A stretch of 64,000 bases of DNA from Antedon mediterranea. Lineage: Eukaryota > Animalia > Echinodermata. Made by a program: the position numbers and the translations under genes. Position 1 is the stretch's first letter. Each line of letters opens with the position of its first letter. The notes under the pieces were generated by a model, which was given only the letters and a program-made list of their open reading frames with translations, did not search any database and was not told where the DNA came from. Location: assembly GCF_964355755.1 (NCBI RefSeq), contig NC_092679.1, forward strand, positions 2,882,201 to 2,946,200, read 5' to 3'. This document shows, piece by piece, positions 12,201 to 22,624 of this stretch.

Positions 12201-13940
12201 TTGCCCTCCATATGCTTGGTCTTCCAAGCTGTGACCTGGGATGTTTGTTACATTTAAGTGTTTTATATTTGTAGTCATGTTTTGCCCTCCATATGCTTGG
12301 TCTTCCAAGCTGTGACCTGGGATGTTTGTTACATTTAAGTGTTTTATATTTGTTGTCATGTTTTGCCCTCCATATGCTTGGTCTTCCAAGCTGTGACCTG
12401 GGATGTTTGTTACATTTAAGTGTTTTATATTTGTAGTCATGTTTTGCCCTCCATATGCTTGGTCTTCCAAGCTGTGACCTGGGATGTTTGTTACATTTAA
12501 GTGTTTTGTATTTGTTGTCATGTTTTGCCCTCCATATGCTTGGTCTTCCAAGCTGTGACCTGGGATGTTTGTTACATTTAAGTGTTTTATATTTGTAGTC
12601 ATGTTTTGCCCTCCATATGCTTGGTCTTCCAAGCTGTGACCTGGGATGTTTGTTACATTTAAGTGTTTTATATTTGTAGTCTTGTTTTGCCCTCCATATG
12701 CTTGGTCTTCCAAGCTGTGACCTGGGATGTTTGTTACATTTAAGTGTTTTATATTTGTAGTCTTGTTTTGCCCTCCATATGCTTGGTCTTCCAAGCTGTG
12801 ACCTGGGATGTTTGTTACATTTAAGTGTTTTATATTTGTAGTCTTGTTTTGCCCTCCATATGCTTGGTCTTCCAAGCTGTGACCTGGGATGTTTGTTACA
12901 TTTAAGTGTTTTATATTTGTAGTCATGTTTTGCCCTCCATATGCTTGGTCTTCCAAGCTGTGACCTGGGATGTTTGTTACATTTAAGTGTTTTATATTTG
13001 TAGTCTTGTTTTGCCCTCCATATGCTTGGTCTTCCAAGCTGTGACCTGGGATGTCTGTTATAATACATTCTTATTGTATTTGAAATAAATGATCATTTGA
13101 CGACCTTTAAATTTAAGCCTGCCGTACACAGTAAAACACCATTTCTTTGAATTAAATACTGTACGAATAAACTCGTGTACCACTATTGACTTTTAACTTT
13201 ACAGGGAGAGTATATGTTTAGGAACGACAGACTTGACAGAAGATCAAGTGATGAAGGTCGTGGACTGTCTCGGTAAAAAGTATGCGGGCGATTCTTATCA
13301 CCTTATACACAAGAACTGTAATCATTTTACACAAGAACTATCACAGGTGAAATAATGTTTGTATACTAAGTTACCATACCTAGTGTGTTAGTGGCGAGTG
13401 AGTGGCTGAGCACTTACGTAGCCATAACATTGGCAAGGGTTTAAGGCTTCATGTTTCTGGTGGTAGAACAAGTCTTCTCGGATAAGGACTATAAACCGTA
13501 GGTCCAGTGTACACATCTACCTCATGTGCACTAGTACATCTTTTGAGATGAGTAGGGGGTTACGGGTGTACTAGTACGCTGATCATAACTAGGCCTTCGG
13601 AGTATAGGAAGAAGATGATGATGATAAGACCACCATCGGATATCAGATAAACTCAAGTTCATGTTAAAACTGATTATTTGTGGGGGTGAGGTGGTTCCTC
13701 TCCCAATCTAGGTTTGATTGTATTCATGGATATTGGCGTATTCAGTAAACTATAAATAATTCTGTTGATGTTGTTATCGTTGTATTGCAGATTTTATGTG
13801 GCAAAGATATACCAAATTGGGTGAACAGACTTGCCACAGTTGGTGCTAGGATGCCGTTTATGGAACGAATGCTACCAAAAGAATGGCTGACACCTTTAGC
13901 AATTGAGGCTACAGTACACGTGAAACAACCACAACTTTGA
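3275..13940 (+). CDS. DESI2: Desumoylating isopeptidase 2 / PPPDE peptidase, 3' part only (earlier exons lie before the window)
   Basis: Exon 3275-3368 reads YAFGGHPFPMTGIFEILPRDVDDLGQQFRFK. Exon 13205-13346 reads ESICLGTTDL...YHLIHKNCNHFTQELSQ and contains the catalytic NCN motif. Exon 13791-13940 reads ILCGKDIPNWVNRLA...LPKEWLTP...QL*. All junctions are AG/GT and in phase. Confidence 0.93.
3379..3534. mobile_element. MITE family A copy (degenerate), 10 bp after a DESI2 exon
   Basis: Degenerate TIR with ATCAAACT...AGTTTGATAGTGT and internal ATCACTAC 21-bp units. Further partial copies lie at about 2343-2400, 3640-3675 and 8875-8930. Confidence 0.75.
4040..4270 (+). promoter_or_regulatory. 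Putative intronic promoter or first exon inside the DESI2 intron
   Basis: CTCF-like GCCCTCTAGCGG (about 4046), ETS-like CCGGAAAT (about 4101), local CpG enrichment, donor CAG|GTAATC at 4267/4268 and a downstream TAGGCCTA cluster. Confidence 0.35.
5548..6098. mobile_element. Non-autonomous DNA transposon, Academ-like
   Basis: Imperfect TIRs TAGCGCGA...TCGCGCTA flanked by a perfect 4-bp direct repeat ATGT (5544-5547 and 6099-6102). TAG termini with a 3-4 bp TSD are characteristic of Academ. Confidence 0.65.
7684..7912. mobile_element. MITE family A (PIF/Harbinger-Tourist-like) with an expanded 21-bp internal repeat
   Basis: TIR AGCTCTGTCTACACTATCAAACT / AGTTTGATAGTGTAGACAGAGCT with TWA flanks and about 5 units of CCCAAATATGGCAGTGAT. 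Confidence 0.85.
9313..9402. mobile_element. MITE family A, minimal 90-bp copy
   Basis: Both TIRs are present and the internal repeats are deleted. Confidence 0.8.
9541..10465. mobile_element. Non-autonomous element with a long terminal palindrome (Crypton-like, tentative)
   Basis: Near-perfect hairpin at 9567-9711 with arms of about 70 bp, extended by ACAGATATTG/CAATATCTGT. The body is CpG-rich, contains a direct duplication (about 10271 and 10343), and ends CCAATCACG...TATGTAATA. Boundaries and class are inferred. Confidence 0.45.
11357..11982. mobile_element. Non-autonomous Kolobok-like DNA transposon
   Basis: TTAA on both flanks, with imperfect TIRs AGACCCCTTCCCT / AGGGAATGGGGCT. Confidence 0.65.
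12091..13060. repeat. 81-bp minisatellite, 12 near-identical copies, in the DESI2 intron
   Basis: Unit TTTAAGTGTTTTATATTTGTAGTCATGTTTTGCCCTCCATATGCTTGGTCTTCCAAGCTGTGACCTGGGATGTTTGTTACA with period 81. It explains both long minus-strand ORFs. Confidence 0.97.
13390..13625 (+). mobile_element. Deu/Nin-domain SINE (degenerate)
   Basis: Core TCTTCTCGGATAAGGACTATAAACCGTAGGTCC...GAGTAGGGGGTTAC resembles the conserved Deu/Nin SINE domain. A second copy lies in reverse at about 59095-60056. Confidence 0.7.
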
Positions 13941-15180
13941 CCTTAATGAACTTCAACCTTATAGAACTTTGACCTTATTGAATTATAGTATAGCAGGTTT
14001 ATATTCAAATACAAGAGAAAACTAAATGAATTTCATTATCATACTATTTTCTTACATATATTTTTTCTGACTTGATGTGACTCTTTTGTTGGTAGAATAT
14101 TAAAACTATGAAAATAATTAAGAAATTTATGAGATAATTGATGAAGTTTTCTAATAATTGATGCCTAAAAATTCTACTTAAAGTATGTCTGCTGAGCATA
14201 GCATAATTTGTTGATACGACTGTATTACCATACCTTGTTCATACCCATTACCAGATTGTTAGTTGGTCATCAGTTATTAGTGTTTGGTAACCTTGTTACG
14301 TACAACCAGGGAGTACCGCCCTGGTATAACCAAGTGTGGTGATTTCAATGGTATGTTGTAACCACTACCAAGTGTGGTGATATCACCAGTCAAAATTGAT
14401 ACCCACAACCATGTGAGATTACATTTCATTTACATGTTAGACATCTAAAGGACGTCTAAAGAGTCAATGAAGCTATACTGTATGGCTCACATGCCAGAGA
14501 TACTCACAATCAATAGTACACATAACCAAGTGTAATGCTCACCAGTCAAAATTAATACACACAACCAATGGTGTTACCCAGTTAAGATAAGCACCTATTC
14601 CCTTGACAACAATTTGTCATTTGTGTTTGGGCCAGTAAACAGGATAAAGCAAAAATGAAAAAATAAAAAAATGTTTAAAAGCAAATAAAAAAATTCTTTG
14701 TTTAGGCCTTTCTTAAAATAGCTATGAACAAAAACCTTTCCTATTTCTGTTTTTTTTTATTTCCTATTTCTAATTAATTGATGTTTAAAATATTATTATT
14801 AAGAAATATTATTGTTAAGTTCATCTGCTGGTCTGAAACTTTTCATTTTTTACAATGCAATCCTTTATTTTTATTTATTAATAGATATATCATATATTTT
14901 TTTTATTAGGACATGCATGATTAGATATCTATAGATTAGATCGTGTTTCGAATTAATATTAGCAAAAATAATATTCTGGTACATATTGCATTTGAAACAT
15001 AGAATACTTTAGCTTTTCCAGACAAAATCGAAAAAGACAAATTATATATACATACTTGGTCTAGTCTAGAATATAGACAATATTTCAGTTAGTAGATCGT
15101 CCGTCAAACAATCCCTTGGCTACTTAAATCTTCTTTCTCGTGTGCATGATCCGTAAATAAAGAAAAATATATTTATTTAG

Positions 15181-15392
15181 GGACCATGTCAAAATTACTG
15201 CAGTAACTCCGTGTTGTTTACTCTCAAACCTGTTTATGCAATTATTTTGCCTTTAAGCTTTGAAATAACTCGCACTACTTCTACATTGAAATTAATGTGC
15301 AATCATACGTTATCGCAGTACAATTACTGCAGTACAATTACTGCAGTACAATTACTGCACTAACTGCAATAGAATAATTTTGACACGATACG
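15181..15392. mobile_element. Small TIR element with an internal 14-bp tandem repeat
   Basis: TGTCAAAATTA...TAATTTTGACA inverted pair enclosing (CAGTACAATTACTG)3. Confidence 0.5.
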
Positions 15393-16174
15393 ACATTTAT
15401 GTTTTCTTTTGATAAGCAAATTTATGCTTAAAACCAATGCTGCTTCTTAAGTATTTAAATGAGATACAAACATACAGGTATAATCTTGGCATTGCTAAGT
15501 CAGGGTGCTTTTATTGGTTTTTGTACTTTTCTCTACATTTCTACACCAAAAAAAATACTTTATGCATTTAAGTGTAGGAGTTGATCTCCTGGGGTGTGTG
15601 TTTAGCATTTTGAATAATTGCCTTTGGACTTTGAGGGGGTTGTTATATTACCATATATGGTTTGCTACATAATGCATGTTTATTAACTGTTCTTTACCAA
15701 TCTGCTATTTATATAGCTTCATAAACTGTACATACTGTTTTTGTATTGTGCTTGTGTTATGCTTGTATCTTGTGATAATAGCTGATATAATTATACCATA
15801 TATCGCAAACTGTATGATTCTACCATGGACCTATTAGTCTATTATTCTAATGTATAGGTCCATGACTATACCATATTGTAGCCGATTCTAGATACTGTAT
15901 GTGTCCAGTATCATAGGTAATTCCTATAATACAGTGGCATATTGTATCACATGTGACACCTGTATCATCACCTGTAAGCTTAACATACAAACAGTATGTG
16001 ATGTGACACTGTGTTATAGAATTGTCTATGATACAAGACAATTTATACTAGATACATTACAGAGAATCTGGTACCATATGGGTGTGTGACTCAACATATC
16101 ATGTATATTAATACCATAGCTTTTACACAAAAGCGGATTGAGAATTTAGAATGGTGTAAATTTAAACAATATAA

Positions 16175-16319
16175 AGCTCTGTCCACACTACTATCAAACT
16201 ATTTGAAAAAAAAGTGTGATATCCCCAAATATGGTAGTGATATAACATGTAATATATGTCCATATATGGGCACATCACATTTTTTTTGTCACATCAAGTT
16301 TGATAGTGTGGACAGAGCT
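16175..16319. mobile_element. MITE family A copy
   Basis: Both TIRs present, with TAA on both flanks. Confidence 0.85.
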
Positions 16320-17703
16320 TAAATCATTGAACACATTGATTGAATAACCTTTAAAAATGGGCACGTTCTATTTAAGTACGCTCTGGTGTTACGGTTACAG
16401 ACAAAATACATTATGTGTAAATCATCCGTGTCAATATCACATGTTATTTTGGAATCACATAGATTTATGCATACAAGTTGTTGTTCTATGCTACATTAGT
16501 GCCTATAGCACTCTTTAAATATTCACTTGTTTTTGATATTGAATTTTATATGAAACAAGTGCCTTTCAAATCAGACCAATCAGATGCCAGCATACATGCA
16601 CATATTGCAAGTAGCTTTGAAAAACACACAAATTCAAACTGTGCGAACTGGCCTTTAGTGAAGTACAAATTGTAGTATACATTTTTCTCAAATTTTGCAA
16701 CAATAGTTACAGGGTGTTTACATTGAAAGTAGTGGGTTTTTTTTCTGTTCTTTATAATATTAATAGATTAAAAGGTTTACGTAATTTTTCCTGGTTTATT
16801 TGACCTGCTAGTTCTGACGTCAAAGAAACTAAAAATATACCATTGTTTACTCATTTGTAATTGAATGGGAAATTGGATCTGCATGTTAGTTATTTTGTAA
16901 AACAATTGTAAATAGTGTGATTACGCACATTAAAAACAGAAGACATGACTTTGTATTGAATGTAATGTACATCAATATGATTATGATTTTGTTTTGATGT
17001 GAAAAAACTAACTCTGCTAACAAGAAATATATTTGTATAAAGTTAAGGCCGCTTTTGAAATTGTGGTTTTAAATTGGAATTACTTTTATAAGAGAATTGA
17101 AGGAAGTTGAAGACATTTTGTTAAAATAGCTCTTTCAAAGTTTTGATGAAGTATTAAATCATTGCATAGATTCTATACCTTTTTTTTGTGCTGGAGAATT
17201 TATAGTTTCGTTCTATTTGATTAGCTTGAATTTTAAAGCATAAATAAGAACTAGCTTAACTTGGTTATACATTAGTACAAAAATATGTCCCCTTAATTAA
17301 TAGGGGTGTCCCCTGGATAGGTGTGTCCCCTAATAGGCGTGTCCCAAAAGGGCGTTCTATTGTATTTAAATACCATAAATAAATACAGTATATATCACTA
17401 CAGGAGAAATTCAGGAAAAAAGTGAATGAATTTTGAAAAATCATAATCTTAACCAAATCAGTTTTTTTATGAAGAATAAATGTCACTCAACTTCCAGCTT
17501 TAAAATGGAATTGACTTAAGTAAATTTAAATAAATCAAGGAGGTAGTCAGTATGCAAGAATTCAAACTAATTTTCTTTCACTTAGGCGATCGATTTACAA
17601 GTATAATTTTAAATACTTGAGGAGAATATTTAATCATGTTTCATGAATAATTTATTGCATTTAGCTAGATTATACTTTTAAACTGTTTACTTTATGTACT
17701 TAA

Positions 17704-18214
17704 AGATGTATTGTCCCTTGAAACACAAAAAATGAAAAAAAAAAATATTCTAAATTTAAATTAGCCATATCAAAGTAATATTAATGTTATTCACTTTAAG
17801 TCGGAAATTCGAGCCAAAAACAACAAGTTTACGTAATTAACAGGTAAATTAATTAGATTACATTTCGTCTGGGAAATCGCCGCAAGCGAAAGTAAACAAA
17901 GAGTATGCATTATGCATGATGCTAATTAGGGTTGTTTTTTTTCACACAGATCGCGAGGAAGTTTTATGATTATGCATACAGAGTAGCCAAACAAGCGCGT
18001 TGCATTATGAGATATGTTTTGATTGAAAACTTTGACTGGAAGTCAGAGTTATTTTTTGAACAAAAAAACATCTGTATTTCGGTTAAATTATTTTTTTTTC
18101 TGACTAATTTTTGGTGAAAGTTAATAACTATTATGATACTTCAAAATGACCCCCTTTTTTTTTAAATTTAAAAAAAATATTTTTTTTTAAATTAGTCAAA
18201 GGGACAATACATCT
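17704..18214. mobile_element. Kolobok-like non-autonomous element (related copies at about 27652-27997 and 35713-36069)
   Basis: TIR AGATGTATTGTCCC / GGGACAATACATCT, preceded by TTAA. The same terminus recurs twice in WDPCP introns. Confidence 0.7.
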
Positions 18215-19190
18215 AATAATATATTCGCAAAAGTGCATTTAACGAGGCATTTGATTATTAAAAGTACCGTACGGTACCGTAGACATTTGGCTGAACATTA
18301 GATTAATTCATGTTAAGAGGTGTGATTATTTCATTTTGTAAAGGGATTAAAAATAGGAAAATATAACATTTGGGTTCTTAAATAACAGTATAACAAATTG
18401 TATAGCATGTATAAATATTAAATTTCATAATGTTTCTATAAATTACATTTTTATTAGAAGTACACTAATTAAAATAAATATGTTGTGTATACAGTATTAC
18501 AATCATGTTTTCTGATTATATCCAAAGCATATGCTCATATTATACCAGGGTTTTAAGACAGACACGTAGAGACTTTTATGTGGTTCTTTTCGTCTATTTT
18601 CTAAGCCTAAGTTTAAGCTACAGGCTTCCTTAAATAGTATATACCCAAACGTCTCCCTATTATACTTTATCTCTTTTTTTTTAAATATCAAATCTTAACA
18701 AAAACCCTGTGTACTATTTGAACATACATATACTGGTCTATCACCAATGATTCTTGGGTATAGACTGATGTTTTGGTCCTCCAAAACTTTTGTCTTGTGG
18801 ATGGACCCAGGTCAGTACTGTGATTTTAATATTAATTTATATAGTTTATAATATTGAATTATTATTTGCTATACATTGATATTTGATTTATTTTTAAAGA
18901 AATTTCTAGAATATATTGTAACATTTGAGCAGTACAGTATGTAAAATATATTAAATCAGACATTAATATATACTATAATGTTTGTTTCTCTATAAATTAT
19001 GAAATAAATTGTACATTATTATTATTATTATTTGGACCCGAACCTCTTCCAACTGCAACTAGCTCAGGGGTGCTAGATTTCAGTGTCACTTTTTTGACTG
19101 CAATGCTCATCTGATCAAACAATTAAAAAATCCAAAAATTTTTGACAAAGTTTATTTCATCGTTTATTCGTTACTAAAACAAAAAAGAGG

Positions 19191-21192
19191 TCAATCACCA
19201 TCAAAATATTTCTCCTGCTCATCCTGTGTCCTTGTTTCAACGGAATCATAATCCGAGTTAAAATCAACGCTGGCATAATCAAAATCCTCATCTTCCCCAT
19301 TTAGGAATCGTTCTCGCATACGACTCATAAATTCCTGTCGAAGCATGTGTTTCTCCTCTTCTGATATCGGTTCAGGAGCCGCCATGATCTGTTGGCTGGA
19401 ATGCGGTTGATCATCTGTAAGACAAATAAATAAATGTTTATCAACATTTTAGTGGAGGTTTTTACCTGTCAGTTGTTTTAAAATAAAATAAATAAAGTGT
19501 AGGCAATCATCTATGGGGAAACATATTATACTATAGGTGTTCAATTTGAATACAGTACAAGCATTTTTCCAAAACCACTTTACACCCCTGGGCAACCATA
19601 GATATATTTATAATATCTTTAGGGTGCAACCTACCAAAATAAAATAGGTTGTAACATCAACTTGGAAAATCTCTATAAAGGGCAATTTACACAGACGAGT
19701 GGTAACGGTAATAAAAATATAGAATTTATGTTATTCCTTCTGACCATTTGCACACAATGTGGAGCAGACGAGCGGTTTCCTCTCAGGATAGATACAGATT
19801 CTACGTGGAACAAGCTACGCGGTTTACCGCTTACCGTTACCGCTCGTCTGTGTAAATTGATTGACCTTTAACACTGCTAGATAGATACATATTCTACATG
19901 TGACAAACTATGCGGTTTTTCGCTTGACGTTACCACTCGTCTGTAAATTGGCTAATTGGATAATTTTTCATTTGAACAAAAACAGTTTATTAATGAATAA
20001 TAACCTATATTATTTTGCTCATTTTCATTTTCTGTAATTTGCTCTTCTTTATCATCATCCCCTTTCTCCTTTTCGTCTTCCTCATCCTCTGTGTCCTCAT
20101 CCTCCTCACTTTCCATACACTCCTCTTCTTCCCTTTGTCGTTTAAATAAAGCCTCCCTTTCTTTCCTTTGCATAAAATCTATCAAGACCGTTGAAAACTT
20201 CAAATTTTGATCGTGTACGTTATCATACGGTCTTTCTTTTTTCTCTGCTTCACTCTGATATTGTCCAACGTAATAATCATACATAAAGGGCGCCCTCTCA
20301 TTCATGGCTTCATCCCCGAAATAAACACCGTCTTTCTCAAGTTTTTTTAGCGCTTCATATCTTCTATTTTTTACAACCATTGAGTTTTTAGAACTTAAAC
20401 GTTTTTTGGCTTCGTTCAAATAATAATCAACTTCGTAGTGTTGTTTTTTATCATCAAATGCAACCAAGTCATCGTCCGTTAAATACATATGAAATCTTTC
20501 AGCAAAGATTGACGGCTTTTCCTCAAAAAGTTTTTTTAGAATTACAACTTTTTCCTCAAGTGTTAAGTCTGTCTCGTCTTTTTGTTGACTTGAAATTCTC
20601 GCACCACTACAGGCAATGTTTTCAAACATTCTCTTCTCAATTATATGCATCTCATAAACAGATGATGATGTCACACTTTCATCGTCATCTGTAAAAAAGA
20701 TATATCTGTTATTATTATTAATATTTGTTCAATGTAAATAGTCATAATTCATACTATAGTTATTGTGACTTCAGAAATTACAAAAAAAATCCTAAAAATT
20801 AGATTAAGAATTAAATAATTCGCTTCTTCAATTGAATCTTGGGCAGACCAAGGCATAAGAAGGGATTGCATGTCTTAATAATAATAATGGGCTAGGTCTA
20901 GCCTGTACGGTACCATGCCACACCAGGCAGGCACTGAAGTTCCTGTCTGCGCCGTTGTGCATACCATTTTGAAATTTCGGGCTTGGCCTATAGGTCTAGG
21001 ATCGAGGGGCCTAGGGAAAGCCCTAACCGGTTAGACCTGACATTTCGACACCATTTTTAATTCTTAATTTATAAGTAACACTTTATTTGGAATTCTTGAT
21101 AATAATAAAATGGTTAAGTTGATGCACATTCTATTTTCAAATGCGATTTGTTTTAGAAATCTTTGTTTACGTTACTTACTGTAAGTCGCCAT
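19191..21192 (-). CDS. CCDC97: Coiled-coil domain-containing protein 97 (DUF2052 family), 306 aa
   Basis: Exons 21192-21180 (ATG GCG ACT TAC A|gtaagt), 20688-20005 and 19414-19191 total 921 nt in phase. Motifs include VKNRRYEALKKL, YFGDEAMNERAPFMYDYYVGQY and LRQEFMSRMRERFLNGEDEDFDY...EKYFD. Confidence 0.92.
19679..19870. mobile_element. Harbinger-like MITE in CCDC97 intron 2, followed by a partial duplicate (about 19880-19950)
   Basis: CAATTTACACAGACGAGTGGTAACGGTAA pairs with TTACCGTTACCGCTCGTCTGTGTAAATTG. Confidence 0.7.
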
Positions 21193-21390
21193 ATTGTCAC
21201 CTTTGACATGATCTGTTGTTTTCATCCAATCGGAATCAGTTTTATAACGCCGATAGGAAACTTCGGAAAAAAACTTTCTCTAGTACGTCGGAGTGGTCGG
21301 AGCTCGTCGTCGACGCATCTTTCGCAAGCTCCTTAGTAGGCCTAGGAAAAGTATTCTTTTTTATTTAAAAATGAAAATATCTGTTTTGCA
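21193..21390. promoter_or_regulatory. Bidirectional promoter and 5'UTRs of CCDC97 and WDPCP
   Basis: There are 198 bp between the divergent ATGs. The region is CpG-rich with CCAAT (about 21226) and CGGAA motifs, and is flanked on both sides by TAGGC(C)TA clusters. Confidence 0.75.
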
Positions 21391-22591
21391 ATGGCAGGTA
21401 TATTGGTTGAACTGTATGTATGGTCTATGAAGAACTCGGTTGTTATTCGAGGTGTGTTCAGATATATGGTTGTAAACAAAAATTGGCCTTTTTATTATTT
21501 GTTTTTTGAATTCTTCAATCTAGGCTAGGCTAGGCCTAGCTAGAGCCCATAAAGAAAGTAGCCTAAGGGTCCTAACTGTAGGCATAGGCCACCTACTACA
21601 ACTAGGCTATAGCTAGCTAGAGGTAGACATTCCAGGCCTAGCCTAGGCTTTACTACTACTATAACTAGCTAGCCTGGCTGGTCTATTAGTATTATTTATA
21701 ATAGACAATAGGGCCTTAGTCAATGTCGATGACCTATTGAAATTCATATTTTAAGTTAAGTAGAAAAAAAAATAAAAAAACACCTTTCCCCCCTGAAACT
21801 TAACAACTACATTTTTTGTCTGCAGACAAAGATGTAAGCTGCCACAGCTATCATGACAAAGGAGGACTCAGTGAGTATTGTGGGTTTGTGCTTAAGTCAT
21901 ATAATGTCATTGCATTCACTTTTTCCGTTTTATTGATCATTTGAATTGGGTCATCAGAATTGTTCTTTTGTAATACAATCATTGATATAATTTGTCCTAC
22001 ATCTGTTAATGGATTAGATGCTGATTACAAAATGTGTCTTAATGATTAGTTACCATGGAAACTCGTTTACCTAAAATATTAAATAATGGTTTTTGCTATC
22101 AATCAATGTATATTTAACAGTATTGTGTGGTATTACTACTGTAATACACCTTAACATGATTAGAATTTCCCATTTTAATAGCATTTTATTGCTTATGCAT
22201 ATTCATTAATATTTATTATCTCTTTGACAGGCTCGCAAGGTTACAGTGAGCAGAAAATACAATACACAGAAAGTAAGAATTGATATTTTGTCAAGTCAGG
22301 TATCTTAATATATTACTATGAAATGAGTGCTCACCAAACTATATCCTATCTACTATTTATGACACATATAAACATACAATCAGGACATAAAGATACACAC
22401 ATAAAGAAAACAGATTTGACCTATACAGTATTATAAATATAATTTTTCCACTATTAATGCATGTTTTATTATAAAAGGTCGAGGTTTAATTTGGACACCG
22501 AAAAACAGACGACCTGAAAAGCTGCGTGAAACTATAAAGGATGCAGAGGTAAGTTATAACAAAGATGAAAAATATTTACAGGTACATTATT

Positions 22592-22624
<33 letters not shown>

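Noticed and set aside
12091-13060. CRISPR array
   Set aside because: The units are contiguous with no unique spacers, the context is eukaryotic, and there are no cas genes.
12072-13068. 321-aa and 329-aa ORFs as real genes, and the AYGG match to the DESI-family AYGGH motif
   Set aside because: They are translations of a perfect 81-bp minisatellite on the antisense strand. The real exon reads AFGG at 3280, so the match is coincidence.
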